Positions 1 through 9,124 of a stretch of 64,000 bases of DNA are shown here, in pieces. The notes below the pieces were generated by a model. That model saw only the letters and a program-made list of their open reading frames with translations. It did not search any database and was not told the origin of the DNA. Position numbers and translations under genes: made by a program. The DNA is from Candidatus Hadarchaeum sp. (GTDB lineage Archaea > Hadarchaeota > Hadarchaeia > Hadarchaeales > Hadarchaeaceae): contig NZ_JAVZIN010000007.1 of NCBI RefSeq assembly GCF_038871235.1, positions 1-64,000 of the forward strand. The letters run 5' to 3'. Within the stretch, counting starts at the first letter, position 1. Each line of letters opens with the position of its first letter.

Positions 1-1
1 G

Positions 2-934
2 AAGCGGTGGCGACAGTTTCTTCAGTCCGGGGCGGAGATTATCGGCACAGATGACCCCGCCGCCGACGCTGAGGTAGCCGCTCTGACCAGCCACATCATG
101 GAGGATCTCGGTTTTGCCGATTTTGAGCTAAGGCTGGGGCACATCCGCCTTCTCCGCGAACTCCTCTCCCACGCCGGTGTTAAGAATGAGGCCCAAGACC
201 CCATCCTCAGAGCTGTGGACTCTAAGGAGGAGAGCCGCATCAGCGAGGAGGTCAGAAGGGCCGGGATAAAGCCCGCCGAGGAAAAGCTGCTGCGGGAACT
301 CATTGCCCTGCGGGGTGAGGTTTCAATTCTAGGGAAGGCAACGCCTCTCCTGCGCGGAATTCCGAGAGCTACGGCGGCGCTGAGAAATCTCCAAGCCATC
401 ATAGATTATCTGCCCTCGCTAGGCGTCAAGAACTTCTCACTTGACCTCGGCATTGCCCGCGGCCTTGACTACTACACCGATTTTGTCTTTGAGGTCTACC
501 TTGGCGGCGTCCAGGTCGCCGGCGGCGGTCGCTATGATGGGCTGGTGGAGCAGCTGGGCGGGGAGCCGACGCCCGCGGTTGGAGTTGCCTTCGGGATCGA
601 CAGAATTGCCCAAACGCTGTTGGAGCGCAAAATGGTGCCGCTCAAGGATCGTTTGAATTGCCTGGTTCTGCCGGTTGACGCGAGCGTCCGTGCCGAGGCG
701 ATGGAGGTAGTCACCGAGCTGCGCCGGGCAGGATTGGCGGCGGACATCGATCTCATGGGGCGAAAGTTCGGCAAGGCCATGGAATATGCCAACGCCATCG
801 GAGTAAAACGGGTGGTCGTCATCGGTCCCAAGGAATTGAAGAAGGGACAGGTCATTGTTAGGGATATGGTCACGGGGAAGCAGGAGGCGGTGGCCCGGCA
901 GGATTTGCCCCGGGCGTTAAAACCGGTAGCCTAA
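2..934 (+). CDS. hisS: Histidine--tRNA ligase (5'-truncated by window edge)
   Basis: The frame is open from nt 2 (KRWRQFLQSGAEIIG, motif 2). It contains RGLDYYT, AGGGRYDGL, AVGVAFGIDRI (motif 3) and a C-terminal anticodon-binding domain. Confidence 0.96.
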   Translation, partial: KRWRQFLQSGAEIIGTDDPAADAEVAALTSHIMEDLGFADFELRLGHIRLLRELLSHAGVKNEAQDPILRAVDSKEESRISEEVRRAGIKPAEEKLLRELIALRGEVSILGKATPLLRGIPRATAALRNLQAIIDYLPSLGVKNFSLDLGIARGLDYYTDFVFEVYLGGVQVAGGGRYDGLVEQLGGEPTPAVGVAFGIDRIAQTLLERKMVPLKDRLNCLVLPVDASVRAEAMEVVTELRRAGLAADIDLMGRKFGKAMEYANAIGVKRVVVIGPKELKKGQVIVRDMVTGKQEAVARQDLPRALKPVA

Positions 935-1750
935 CTTCTCAAACTTTTTCTTCAAAATCAGCGAATCTTGTTCCAGAACCGGTGATTCAGAGATTATGGT
1001 GATGTTTAGGTTTCTCCTGATGACTTCCCTGACCAGCGGGTCCACCGGCGGCTGGTCGAAGGAAATCGGCAGATGGCGTCGCTCGTTCCCCGTCCCGGGT
1101 ACTTTAGCCGGCGTCCACTCCATGCTGGTGAAGTGAGTGTGCAGATGTTTTAACTTCAGCGGCTCCAGCTGGTCGAAGATCTTTCCATAATCTATTTTCC
1201 CCGCGCTTCTGGCCCAGAGGTGGGCGAAGTCGACGACGGGCTCGCAGCCGCGGACTTCTTGGCAGAGCCTCACCAGCTCCTCGAGCGACCCGAAGGCGCT
1301 TATCTTGCCTGTGGTCTCGTGGCCCAGCACCACCCCTTTCACACCCATCGCCTTCATTCTGTCCAGCATGTCAAGGTCGGCCTCCTTCACCACCTGGTAA
1401 GCAGCTTCTGGGGTCAGCGAGCCGTAGAAGCCGGGATGAAAGACGGCGATCCGGGCACCCATATGGTAGCAGCGCTCCACGGAATCGAGAATTCTCTTCT
1501 TTGAGGCCTCAAGCTTCTTCTTGTCCGTGGAGCAGAGGTTGATGAAGTAGGGGCAGTGAACGGAGAGCTCGATCTTCAGCTCCCGGGCCAGCCTGCCGAC
1601 CTCCTCGGCGGTCTGGTTGCTCATCGCCACGCCGCGGACGAACTCGATCTCCATCGCGTTCAGCTTCAGCGCTGCAACCTGCTTTAGGCCGCCGAGGGTA
1701 GTGTGGTCCTTGCTGGAGATGGGGACTCCGGCGGGGCCTAAATATATCAT
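917..1750 (-). CDS. nfo: Endonuclease IV (archaeal AP endonuclease, TIM barrel)
   Basis: GPAGVP start, SVHCPYFINL, VFHPGFY, ETTGK, VDFAHLWAR, HTHF and ISESP metal-ligand motifs. ATG at 1750 is preferred over TTG at 1759. Confidence 0.9.
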   Translation of the reverse strand: MIYLGPAGVPISSKDHTTLGGLKQVAALKLNAMEIEFVRGVAMSNQTAEEVGRLARELKIELSVHCPYFINLCSTDKKKLEASKKRILDSVERCYHMGARIAVFHPGFYGSLTPEAAYQVVKEADLDMLDRMKAMGVKGVVLGHETTGKISAFGSLEELVRLCQEVRGCEPVVDFAHLWARSAGKIDYGKIFDQLEPLKLKHLHTHFTSMEWTPAKVPGTGNERRHLPISFDQPPVDPLVREVIRRNLNITIISESPVLEQDSLILKKKFEKLGYRF

Positions 1751-1806
1751 GGTCTCCAAAACCCTTATGGCGGCGGAGAAAAAAGCTTCCGCTGGTGGAA
1801 GTTGAC

Positions 1807-2403
1807 ATGTTGAGCCGGGTCCGCGAGAGGGTTAAGGACTTGATAGCGCCGGTGGCCCAACTTTTTGCTAGGAGTGGGTTGAGCCCGAACGCGCTCACCT
1901 TGCTAGGGTTGGTTTTCGGCATCATCGCGGCTCTTCTCTTTGCCCTGGGGGAGCAGCTCCTCGCTGGAATGGTCCTGCTGGTGGCGGGATTTTTTGACAT
2001 CATCGACGGAGCCGTTGCCCGGCTGCTTCAGAAGGAAACGGCCTTCGGCGGGGTGTTGGACTCCGTCGTCGATCGCTACGTGGATTTCCTTTTGTATGCC
2101 GGCATCATCTACGCGCTTATCCACCACCGGATTGCCGAGCCCGAGATTATGCTGGGCTGGGGGTGGCTCTGGGGATTGCTGGCAATTGCGGGTAGCTTCA
2201 TGGTGAGCTACACTCGGGCCAGAGCTGAGGCCGCTGGTTCTGGACGGCTGGACGTAGGATTTGCCGAGCGGGCCGAGAGGTTAATAATTTTGGCGATCGG
2301 GGCCCTGCTGAGCCTGACACTCTACGCGGTGGTCATTATCGCCGTGATTGCAAATCTAACTGCCGTGCAGAGGATGTTGGTAACCAGACAGAGGTTGCAC
2401 TAA
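1807..2403 (+). CDS. pgsA: CDP-alcohol phosphatidyltransferase, probable archaetidylinositol phosphate synthase
   Basis: SPNALT and DIIDGAVAR...FGGVLDSVVDRYVD signature, VSYTRARAE and GFAERAER. It lies close to the MIPS gene. Confidence 0.88.
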   Translation: MLSRVRERVKDLIAPVAQLFARSGLSPNALTLLGLVFGIIAALLFALGEQLLAGMVLLVAGFFDIIDGAVARLLQKETAFGGVLDSVVDRYVDFLLYAGIIYALIHHRIAEPEIMLGWGWLWGLLAIAGSFMVSYTRARAEAAGSGRLDVGFAERAERLIILAIGALLSLTLYAVVIIAVIANLTAVQRMLVTRQRLH

Positions 2404-2717
2404 GCGGCGAGCTTGGTGTAGGTTTCCTTAAAATAATCTATCGCTTCCTGCAGTAGGTCTTCTCCCTTCTTGGTTATCTTGTAATACTTCCTCGCCGGCT
2501 TGCCCCGCTGCTCCTTCCAGGAAACCGTGACGTAGCCCCCTTTCTCGAGACTGTAGAGAACGAGATAAGAGGTCACCGTGGGCGGTTTCCAGCCGAATCG
2601 TTTCTGGGTCTCTTGGCGCAGCTCGTATCCATACATGGGTCGCTCCTGGAGCAGCTTCAGGAAGTAGGGCCAGATCATCTCGGTCGTGGTCTTCCGTTTT
2701 ATCCTTGCCATGGCCAT
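2400..2717 (-). CDS. PadR-family transcriptional regulator
   Basis: LLQERPMYGYEL...YLVLYSLEKGGYV...RKYYKITKKG winged-helix pattern. Confidence 0.88.
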   Translation of the reverse strand: MAMARIKRKTTTEMIWPYFLKLLQERPMYGYELRQETQKRFGWKPPTVTSYLVLYSLEKGGYVTVSWKEQRGKPARKYYKITKKGEDLLQEAIDYFKETYTKLAA

Positions 2718-2787
2718 AGAAAACCAAAATTAAGTGGTTAGCAAGCCTTAAATAGTTAATTTTTAGATATATTTCATAGGTTGAAAT

Positions 2788-3168
2788 ATGGTTGTAACAA
2801 GTTTACATTGTGAGAACTGCGGCTACGAGTGGAGGCCGCGCGGGGTCCCTCGGAGGTGCCCCTCCTGCCGTTCCCAGCTCGGGGAGACAAGGGCCCGCCA
2901 GTGGAGGCTCGCGGAAAGGCGACTAGCACAACTGCTGGCGGCCCGCGGCTGGAGTGCCGTCTTCCCTGCGGGAAGGCCGATAGACGTTCGTGTTGAAAAG
3001 GGCGGAAAAAAACTGTTTCTGGATGTTAAGTCAGGGCAGGACTATCTCCTCAGAGGGTCGCAGCTGGAGGAGCTGCTGCAGCACCGCAAGGACGGAGCTG
3101 AGGTGGGCTTTGCGCTGGAAAGGAAGGGAAAGTTCTACCTCTTCAAGTTGGTGGATGTGCTGGGGTGA
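2788..3168 (+). CDS. Zn-ribbon + PD-(D/E)xK (Hjc/restriction endonuclease-like) protein
   Basis: CENC...CPSC ribbon followed by [15 protein letters not shown] and LFLDVKS. An SD-like AGGTTG precedes the ATG. Confidence 0.6.
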   Translation: MVVTSLHCENCGYEWRPRGVPRRCPSCRSQLGETRARQWRLAERRLAQLLAARGWSAVFPAGRPIDVRVEKGGKKLFLDVKSGQDYLLRGSQLEELLQHRKDGAEVGFALERKGKFYLFKLVDVLG

Positions 3169-3172
3169 TGGT

Positions 3173-5653
3173 GTGGCTGAAATCAGATTGGCAATCGTTG
3201 GTGTCGGTAACTGCGCCTCATCGCTGATTCAGGGCTTGGAGTACTATAAGGAGGCGCGGGAGGATCAGTTTGTTCCCGGACTGATGCACGTCAACTTCGG
3301 CGGCTACCACATTCGCGACATCAAGCCTGTCGCCGCCTTTGATGTCGACGCTAACAAGGTTGGTCGAGATTTATCCGAGGCCATCTTCGCTCCGCCCAAC
3401 TGCACCAAGAAGTTCTGCGAGGTGCCGAGGCTGGGCGTGGAGGTCAAGAGAGGTCCGATTTTAGACGGCCTCGGCAAGTACCTCAAGCCGGTTATCCCCG
3501 TTGACCCCACGCAGCAGCCGGTGGACGTGGCGGAGGAACTCAGAAAAGCAAAGGCCGACATCTTGGTGAGCTATCTTCCCGTGGGCAGCTATGAGGCCTC
3601 GCGCTTCTACGCCCAGCAGGCGATCGAGGCGGGCTGCGGTTACATCAACTGCATACCTGAGTTCATTGTCTCAGGAAAGGAGTGGGGGGAGCGCTTTAAA
3701 AAGGCCGGGTTGCCCTGCGCTGGCGACGACATCAAGTCACAGGTGGGCGCGACGATACTGCACCGGACGCTAGCCAAGCTTCTGATCGACCGAGGCGTCA
3801 AGCTGGAGGAGAGCTACCAGCTGAACATCGGCGGCAACAGCGTAACCGGTGATGAGGAAATTCTGCTTGAGGTGGATGGAGTTTTGACTAGGGTGAGAAT
3901 CGGTGATTTCATAGATCAGATGATGGCAAAGTACCCTGTAAGCCTCAGGGATGGAAAAGAGGTGCTAGAAACTTCGACCATGAAGGAGGAGATAAGATGT
4001 TTCACTATCACTGACGATTATCAGCAGGTTCTAGCACCGGTGACGAAGCTGATCCGCCACAAGATCTCAGAACCTATTTTGGAAGTTACCTTGGCCGAGG
4101 GACATAAGATCAGGATAACGCGGGACCATAACCTTTTCACCATAGGCGACGACGGGAGATTGAAGCCGCTTCCAGGGAGAGAACTCAAACCTGGCAAGAC
4201 TTTCGTGGTCGTACCGGCCAAGCTTGTGGACGATAGGGAGGAAGTGGACGCGAGAGATCTCACCCCCTACTTCGATGGCGCCTGGGCGGTGAAAGCAGAG
4301 GAAGAATTTCTTTCTGTTCACAATCACCCTGAAATTAGCATCCCAGTGAACTTTCCTATCACTGACGAGTTTCTGCAGGTAGTCGGGCTCTGGCTGGCGG
4401 ATGGGTCATTTGATAGAAAAGATTCAGCTGCCAATCTAGAAATTGGCGTGGGTAATGATCCTGAATGTTTGGAGGTAATAAATAGATGGGCCAAAAACTT
4501 TAATGTCCAGTACGAGATCCGCGGTGACAAAAAAGTTGCGGTGAGAATTAGGTCTAAAACTATAGGGACGATAATGAAAAGGGCCTTTGGCTTAGACGGT
4601 AACTGTTACACAAAAAAGGTACCTGATTTTGTCTTCGACCTGCCGGAGAAGCAAGTGGCTCAGGTTTTGAAGGGCTACTTCAGCGGTGATGGTTGTCTCG
4701 TGGGAAAACAGGTAAGATGCACCTCTGTGTCGCAGCCTCTCATCCAGGACATCCAAACATTGCTTTTGAGGGTCGGCATTTATTCGGCTGTGTTTAGCGA
4801 GGACGGTGGAGAAAGCAGCTGGGGACCTTCCTACCAGTCCGCTAGATTGTGGCACTGTGTCATTTCCTCCCGTGAAATGCTCAAACGCTTTGTGGAGAAG
4901 ATAGGGTTCATTCAGCGCCAGAAAAATGAAGCTATCAGAAAGGTTGTGGCCAGCAGAAGTTTTGATAAATTTTTCATACCCAAGATCCGTTTAATAGAAG
5001 AAGCTGGAATTAAACCGACGACGCCATATCGACTGCCAGCGGTAGAGGGCCGGATAGTCCTCTCGCAGCTCGACCGCGTTAAAGATGGGAGAGTTCGGGA
5101 ACAACTGAGAAAACTTTGCCAGGGAGACATAAGGTTCGTGAAGGTGAAAGAGGTCAGGGAACTTCCCGCCGAGCCACGGCACGTCTATGATTTAAGCGTT
5201 CCTAGATATGAGAGATTCGTTTGCTCTAACATCTTAGTGCATAACACCGACTTCCTAAATATGCTTGAGGAGGAGCGGCTGAGTTCAAAGCGGGTGAGCA
5301 AGACCGAGGCGGTTTCCAGCCAGGTGCCCTATGAAGTCCCGCTCAGGATTGGCCCTAGTGATTACGTTCCTTTCCTTAAGGACAATAAGGTCTGCTACAT
5401 TTACCTGCGGGGCCGCAAGTTCGGCGACATCCCGTTGACGATCGACGTCAAGCTTTCAGTTGAGGACTCGCCCAACTCCGCCGGCGTGGTCATCGATGCC
5501 GTCAGGGCGGTGAAGCTGGCCCTCGACCGTGGCATCGCCGGGCCGCTGATTGGAGTCTCCGCTTACTTCTTCAAACATCCACCGGTTCAGATACCGGATG
5601 ACCAAGCGAGGCAGGCAGTGGAGGACTTCATAGCTGGAAGGAGGGACAACTGA
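3173..5653 (+). CDS. ino1: Myo-inositol-1-phosphate synthase precursor containing an intein
   Basis: GTG start after GGGGTGAT. It contains [12 protein letters not shown] (NAD binding), [24 protein letters not shown]|[20 protein letters not shown] and YFFKHPP. The joined exteins give about 357 aa. The ORF-track start at 2990 overlaps the upstream gene and is unlikely. Confidence 0.95.
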   Translation: MAEIRLAIVGVGNCASSLIQGLEYYKEAREDQFVPGLMHVNFGGYHIRDIKPVAAFDVDANKVGRDLSEAIFAPPNCTKKFCEVPRLGVEVKRGPILDGLGKYLKPVIPVDPTQQPVDVAEELRKAKADILVSYLPVGSYEASRFYAQQAIEAGCGYINCIPEFIVSGKEWGERFKKAGLPCAGDDIKSQVGATILHRTLAKLLIDRGVKLEESYQLNIGGNSVTGDEEILLEVDGVLTRVRIGDFIDQMMAKYPVSLRDGKEVLETSTMKEEIRCFTITDDYQQVLAPVTKLIRHKISEPILEVTLAEGHKIRITRDHNLFTIGDDGRLKPLPGRELKPGKTFVVVPAKLVDDREEVDARDLTPYFDGAWAVKAEEEFLSVHNHPEISIPVNFPITDEFLQVVGLWLADGSFDRKDSAANLEIGVGNDPECLEVINRWAKNFNVQYEIRGDKKVAVRIRSKTIGTIMKRAFGLDGNCYTKKVPDFVFDLPEKQVAQVLKGYFSGDGCLVGKQVRCTSVSQPLIQDIQTLLLRVGIYSAVFSEDGGESSWGPSYQSARLWHCVISSREMLKRFVEKIGFIQRQKNEAIRKVVASRSFDKFFIPKIRLIEEAGIKPTTPYRLPAVEGRIVLSQLDRVKDGRVREQLRKLCQGDIRFVKVKEVRELPAEPRHVYDLSVPRYERFVCSNILVHNTDFLNMLEEERLSSKRVSKTEAVSSQVPYEVPLRIGPSDYVPFLKDNKVCYIYLRGRKFGDIPLTIDVKLSVEDSPNSAGVVIDAVRAVKLALDRGIAGPLIGVSAYFFKHPPVQIPDDQARQAVEDFIAGRRDN
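3839..5245 (+). mobile_element. Intein with LAGLIDADG homing endonuclease (469 aa) in MIPS
   Basis: Block [11 protein letters not shown] (Ser1), block B ITRDHNLF (TxxH), LAGLIDADG motifs [10 protein letters not shown] and [10 protein letters not shown], block F VYDLSV and block G NILVHN followed by +1 Thr. Removing it restores GGNTDF. Confidence 0.94.
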
Positions 5654-6537
5654 TGGCGCCGGATGTCGTTGTCATCGGGCACGTGGCGTTGGACATCAAC
5701 GTCTTTCCTTGGGGAGTGGTGGAAAATGTCCTTGGCGGCGCACCCACCTACTCAGGGCTGCAGTTTGCCGCCCTGAAGCAGGAGGTGGGCATTGTGGCTA
5801 AGGTGGGCGTCGACTTCACCGAGAAGTTCCCGCCCATTTACAGCAGACTCGGGCTCGACACCGAGGGGATCTACGTCGCCGGCGAGTACACAACCACCTT
5901 TGAGAACATCTATGACGAGCAGGGGAACCGGACCCAGGTCTGCAAGCACGTGGCGCCAAGGATAACTCCCGAGGACATCCCGAGCCGCTACTTGGACGCG
6001 AGGGCTTTTTATGTTTCACCGATTGCCAACGAGATCACGCCGGAGCTGCTGAAGTTTGTCAAGAGGGAGTCTAACCTGGTGATGCTGGACCCGCAGGGAA
6101 TTCTGAGAGTTATCAGTGCTGATGGCAGGGTCGGGATTAGAGCTAGAGATCTTTCGGGGTTCCTCAGCCATGTTGATATCGTCAAGCTGGGGAGGGAGGA
6201 GGCGATTGTCCTCGGCGGTGACGTTGAGGAGGGTATGCGCGGCCTTCAGAGGATGGGTCCGAGGGTGGTCATCGTCACTAGGGGCGGCGAGCCGACGACG
6301 GTTTTGAGCGAGGGAGGGTTGGTCAGGATCAATCCTCTTAAGGTTGAGGCTAAGGACATGACCGGAGCTGGCGATGTCTTCGGGGCGGCCTTTCTCACCA
6401 GATACTTGGCGACGCGGGATGTCTTGAGATCGGCGAAATTTGCCGTGGCCGCTGCAGGTTTGAAGGTCAGATACAAAGGACCGACGGGATTCCCGACCGA
6501 GCCGGAGATCCTAGAAGCCGTTCAGCGCTTGACTTGA
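5653..6537 (+). CDS. PfkB/ribokinase-family sugar kinase (possible myo-inositol kinase)
   Basis: LGGAPTY, DPQG, VTRG and DMTGAGDVFGAAF motifs. It overlaps the ino1 stop (TGATG). The substrate is inferred from context only. Confidence 0.85.
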   Translation: MAPDVVVIGHVALDINVFPWGVVENVLGGAPTYSGLQFAALKQEVGIVAKVGVDFTEKFPPIYSRLGLDTEGIYVAGEYTTTFENIYDEQGNRTQVCKHVAPRITPEDIPSRYLDARAFYVSPIANEITPELLKFVKRESNLVMLDPQGILRVISADGRVGIRARDLSGFLSHVDIVKLGREEAIVLGGDVEEGMRGLQRMGPRVVIVTRGGEPTTVLSEGGLVRINPLKVEAKDMTGAGDVFGAAFLTRYLATRDVLRSAKFAVAAAGLKVRYKGPTGFPTEPEILEAVQRLT

Positions 6538-6895
6538 TTAACCGGTTTCCTGTTAAATCCGATTCTCCTCGTTTGGAACACCAAGCCCACAGCTTCGGGC
6601 GAGATCGGCCAGTTATAGAGCCTCCAATCGTTGCGGTACTTAACTCCGCGGGATAGAAACAGCTCCCCTCTGTTTATCTTTCTGTGGAGCCTTCTAGGCG
6701 CTGATTTCGTTCTTGGTTTATCCCACATTCTAAGATATCTGGTTTTATGAAGAAAGGCCGCCCGTGACATTGGCTGAGTTTTGTAAATCAAAGTGGTGAA
6801 CAATGGTTGGTGGGTTGATTTGCAGACTTCTGCTACTAATGAGCTGTAAAAAAGAGTTTGGGTTAGAGACGTGTATCCGTCCACATGCTGTGATC

Positions 6896-8329
6896 TTAAT
6901 AAGTCTTGGCCAAGAGCGCGTTTACCGTCGCCTGCCGAGAACAGATGGGGCATTTAGCGGTTTGCGTGGGCGCGCTGTCGATTTCCTCTCCGAGCATTTC
7001 TCCCTCAGTCTTCTCCGCTATCTGTTTGCCGCAGGATTCCTGACCGCACCAGGGAATTCTAACAATACCCCCCCGTTTTTTCAGCAACTCCTTGGCTGAC
7101 TTCAGATCTGTGGTCGAGTTTACAAAGCCTTGGAACGATTTTTTAGCCCTCTCGCGAAGGTGATTGGTGATCTGCTCCAGAACTTGGACCAGCTGGGTTT
7201 TCAGGGATTTTCTGGCGATGGTGAGCTTCTCGCCAGTATCACGACGCACGGCCGTGATCTGCTCCCTTTCCACATCCTTGGGGCCGATCTCAATCCTGAG
7301 CGGCACCCCTCTTCGCTCCCAATAATAAAATTTGTTGCCCGGGCGCAGGTCGCGGTTATCAAGATGGGCCCTGATGCCAGCAGCAGTGAGTTCCTCCTTT
7401 ACCTCACCAGCGACCTTTTCCACCGGAGTTTCCCTTTCCTTAAACGGGATCGGGATAATCACCACTTGGACCGGGGCAACCTGAGGCGGCAGACAGAGTC
7501 CGTCGTCATCCCCGTGAGCCATGATCGCCGCCGCCACCGCCCGCTCGGAAATCCCGTAGCAGGTCTGATAGACAAGGTGGTGCTTGCCATCCACTCCTTC
7601 GTACCTCAGCCCGTAAACCTTGGCGAAATTCTGTCCCAAGTTGTGGATGGTGCCGATCTGCAGCGCCTTTCCGTCTGGGGTGATGGTGTCAAAGGCGATG
7701 GAGTAAACCGCGCCCGCGAAGGTGTCCCAAGGCGGGCGTTTGCTGACGATGTAGGGCACGCCGAGTTCATCGTAAAATTTCTGGTAAATTTTGATGGCCT
7801 CCTTGACCTGCGACTCCGCCTCATCCTTGGTGGCATGAGCAGTGTGAGCCTCCTTGAACGTGGTGACCTCACGCAACCTGATCATGGGCTTGGTCATCTT
7901 AGTTTCATAGCGGAAGACGTTGACGACTTGGTAGACCTTGATCGGCAGGTCGGCGTGAGTCCTGATCCACAGGGCGAACATGGGATACATGGAGGTTTCC
8001 GAGGTTGGGCGCAGGGCTAGCCTGATGTTCAGCTTCTGATTTCCACCGTGAGTCACCCAGTAAACTTGTCCACCGAAACCCCTGATATGTTCGGCCTCCT
8101 TCTGAAACAAGGTCTCAGGTATCAGTAGCGGGAAGAGCACTTCATGGTGACCCGAACTCTCATGAAGCTGCCTCAGGATCGAAAAAACCAGATTGCGGAG
8201 CTTCATCCCATACGGTCTCCAGACATACAATCCCTTCACTGGGTAGCGGGTGTCCATGATGTCAGCTTCCTGGAGCATGTCGCTGAACCATCCGCTGAAA
8301 TCCTGTCGCCATCGCTCCCTTTTAACCAA
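6896..8329 (-). CDS. proS: Proline--tRNA ligase (archaeal/eukaryotic type)
   Basis: LRPTSET, FRYETK, FKEAHTAH, QTCYGISER and a C-terminal Zn domain ending AKTY. Confidence 0.97.
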   Translation of the reverse strand: MVKRERWRQDFSGWFSDMLQEADIMDTRYPVKGLYVWRPYGMKLRNLVFSILRQLHESSGHHEVLFPLLIPETLFQKEAEHIRGFGGQVYWVTHGGNQKLNIRLALRPTSETSMYPMFALWIRTHADLPIKVYQVVNVFRYETKMTKPMIRLREVTTFKEAHTAHATKDEAESQVKEAIKIYQKFYDELGVPYIVSKRPPWDTFAGAVYSIAFDTITPDGKALQIGTIHNLGQNFAKVYGLRYEGVDGKHHLVYQTCYGISERAVAAAIMAHGDDDGLCLPPQVAPVQVVIIPIPFKERETPVEKVAGEVKEELTAAGIRAHLDNRDLRPGNKFYYWERRGVPLRIEIGPKDVEREQITAVRRDTGEKLTIARKSLKTQLVQVLEQITNHLRERAKKSFQGFVNSTTDLKSAKELLKKRGGIVRIPWCGQESCGKQIAEKTEGEMLGEEIDSAPTQTAKCPICSRQATVNALLAKTY

Positions 8330-8398
8330 GCCACCACCTTCCGATAATCGCCGTCTGAGGTTTAAGTAATTATTGAGGCCGGTGGTATCTTGAAAAGT

Positions 8399-8824
8399 TT
8401 AGTCCACATCCCAGCCGATGATGGCTAGGTCAAAGTTGGTGATCAGTCCAACCAAGTTTCCGTCTCTGTCGATGACCGGTATTCTCCGCAGCCTTTTGTT
8501 TTTCATCAGCTTAACCACGTCCAGCACCGTGGCGTCATTGTAGCAGGTCACCACCGATTTAGTCATCACATCCTTGGCCTTCATCTTCTTGGGATCCTTC
8601 CCCTCATAGACGACTTTTCTGATGACATCACGGAATGTTATCAGCCCCTTCAGCTTTCCAGCCTTGGTCACGGGGAGACACTCGACGTTTTTGTTTATCA
8701 TCTTCTTGACCATGCTGAACACGGGTTCCTCGGTTTCAACGGTGATGACATTTTTAGTCATGATCTCCTCAACGGTTAGATTTGAGACGGTTGAACCCCT
8801 AATGGAATCAGATACTTCTTTCAT
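8399..8824 (-). CDS. Tandem CBS-domain protein
   Basis: Two CBS repeats (VEEIMTKNVITV...GLITFRD and AKDVMTKSVVT...LVGLITNFD). Confidence 0.9.
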   Translation of the reverse strand: MKEVSDSIRGSTVSNLTVEEIMTKNVITVETEEPVFSMVKKMINKNVECLPVTKAGKLKGLITFRDVIRKVVYEGKDPKKMKAKDVMTKSVVTCYNDATVLDVVKLMKNKRLRRIPVIDRDGNLVGLITNFDLAIIGWDVD

Positions 8825-8875
8825 CTCACCACCTCCAGCTCAGAAACATCTCGTGTTATATGGGGTTATAATTAC

Positions 8876-9091
8876 TTAAACCCGCCCCTTATAGTACTCT
8901 AAAAATGTTCGTAACGATCGATCGTAGATTCGCTCGACCTCTGGCGGGAAAAGGCAGGCGGGCAGCTCTCCCATTTCCCAGTGGTACCTGAGGCACTCGC
9001 AGCAGATGCCCTTTCTCGGGCAGGGCTCGTAGGTGCAGTTGCATTTCTGTCTGTTTTTCTCAAGGTTGCAGGTTCTTTTCATGGCACTCAT
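8876..9091 (-). CDS. Small Cys-rich conserved hypothetical protein (DUF6485-like)
   Basis: CNCTYEPCPRKGICCECLRYH...ELPACLF...YDRS pattern. The family name is from recall. Confidence 0.7.
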   Translation of the reverse strand: MSAMKRTCNLEKNRQKCNCTYEPCPRKGICCECLRYHWEMGELPACLFPPEVERIYDRSLRTFLEYYKGRV

Positions 9092-9124
9092 AAAGAAAAC
9101 GACCCGCTTGGTTTAAAAATTTTG

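Noticed and set aside
2990-3172. N-terminal extension of the 887-aa ORF
   Set aside because: It overlaps the Zn-ribbon nuclease gene in another frame and reads as non-protein-like. MIPS homology starts at GTG 3173 after a good SD.
7130-8020. 296-aa plus-strand ORF
   Set aside because: It is an antisense shadow of proS with no recognisable motifs.
8914-8925. Perfect palindrome ACGATCGATCGT
   Set aside because: It lies within the coding sequence (YDRSL), is a single copy and is plausibly chance.
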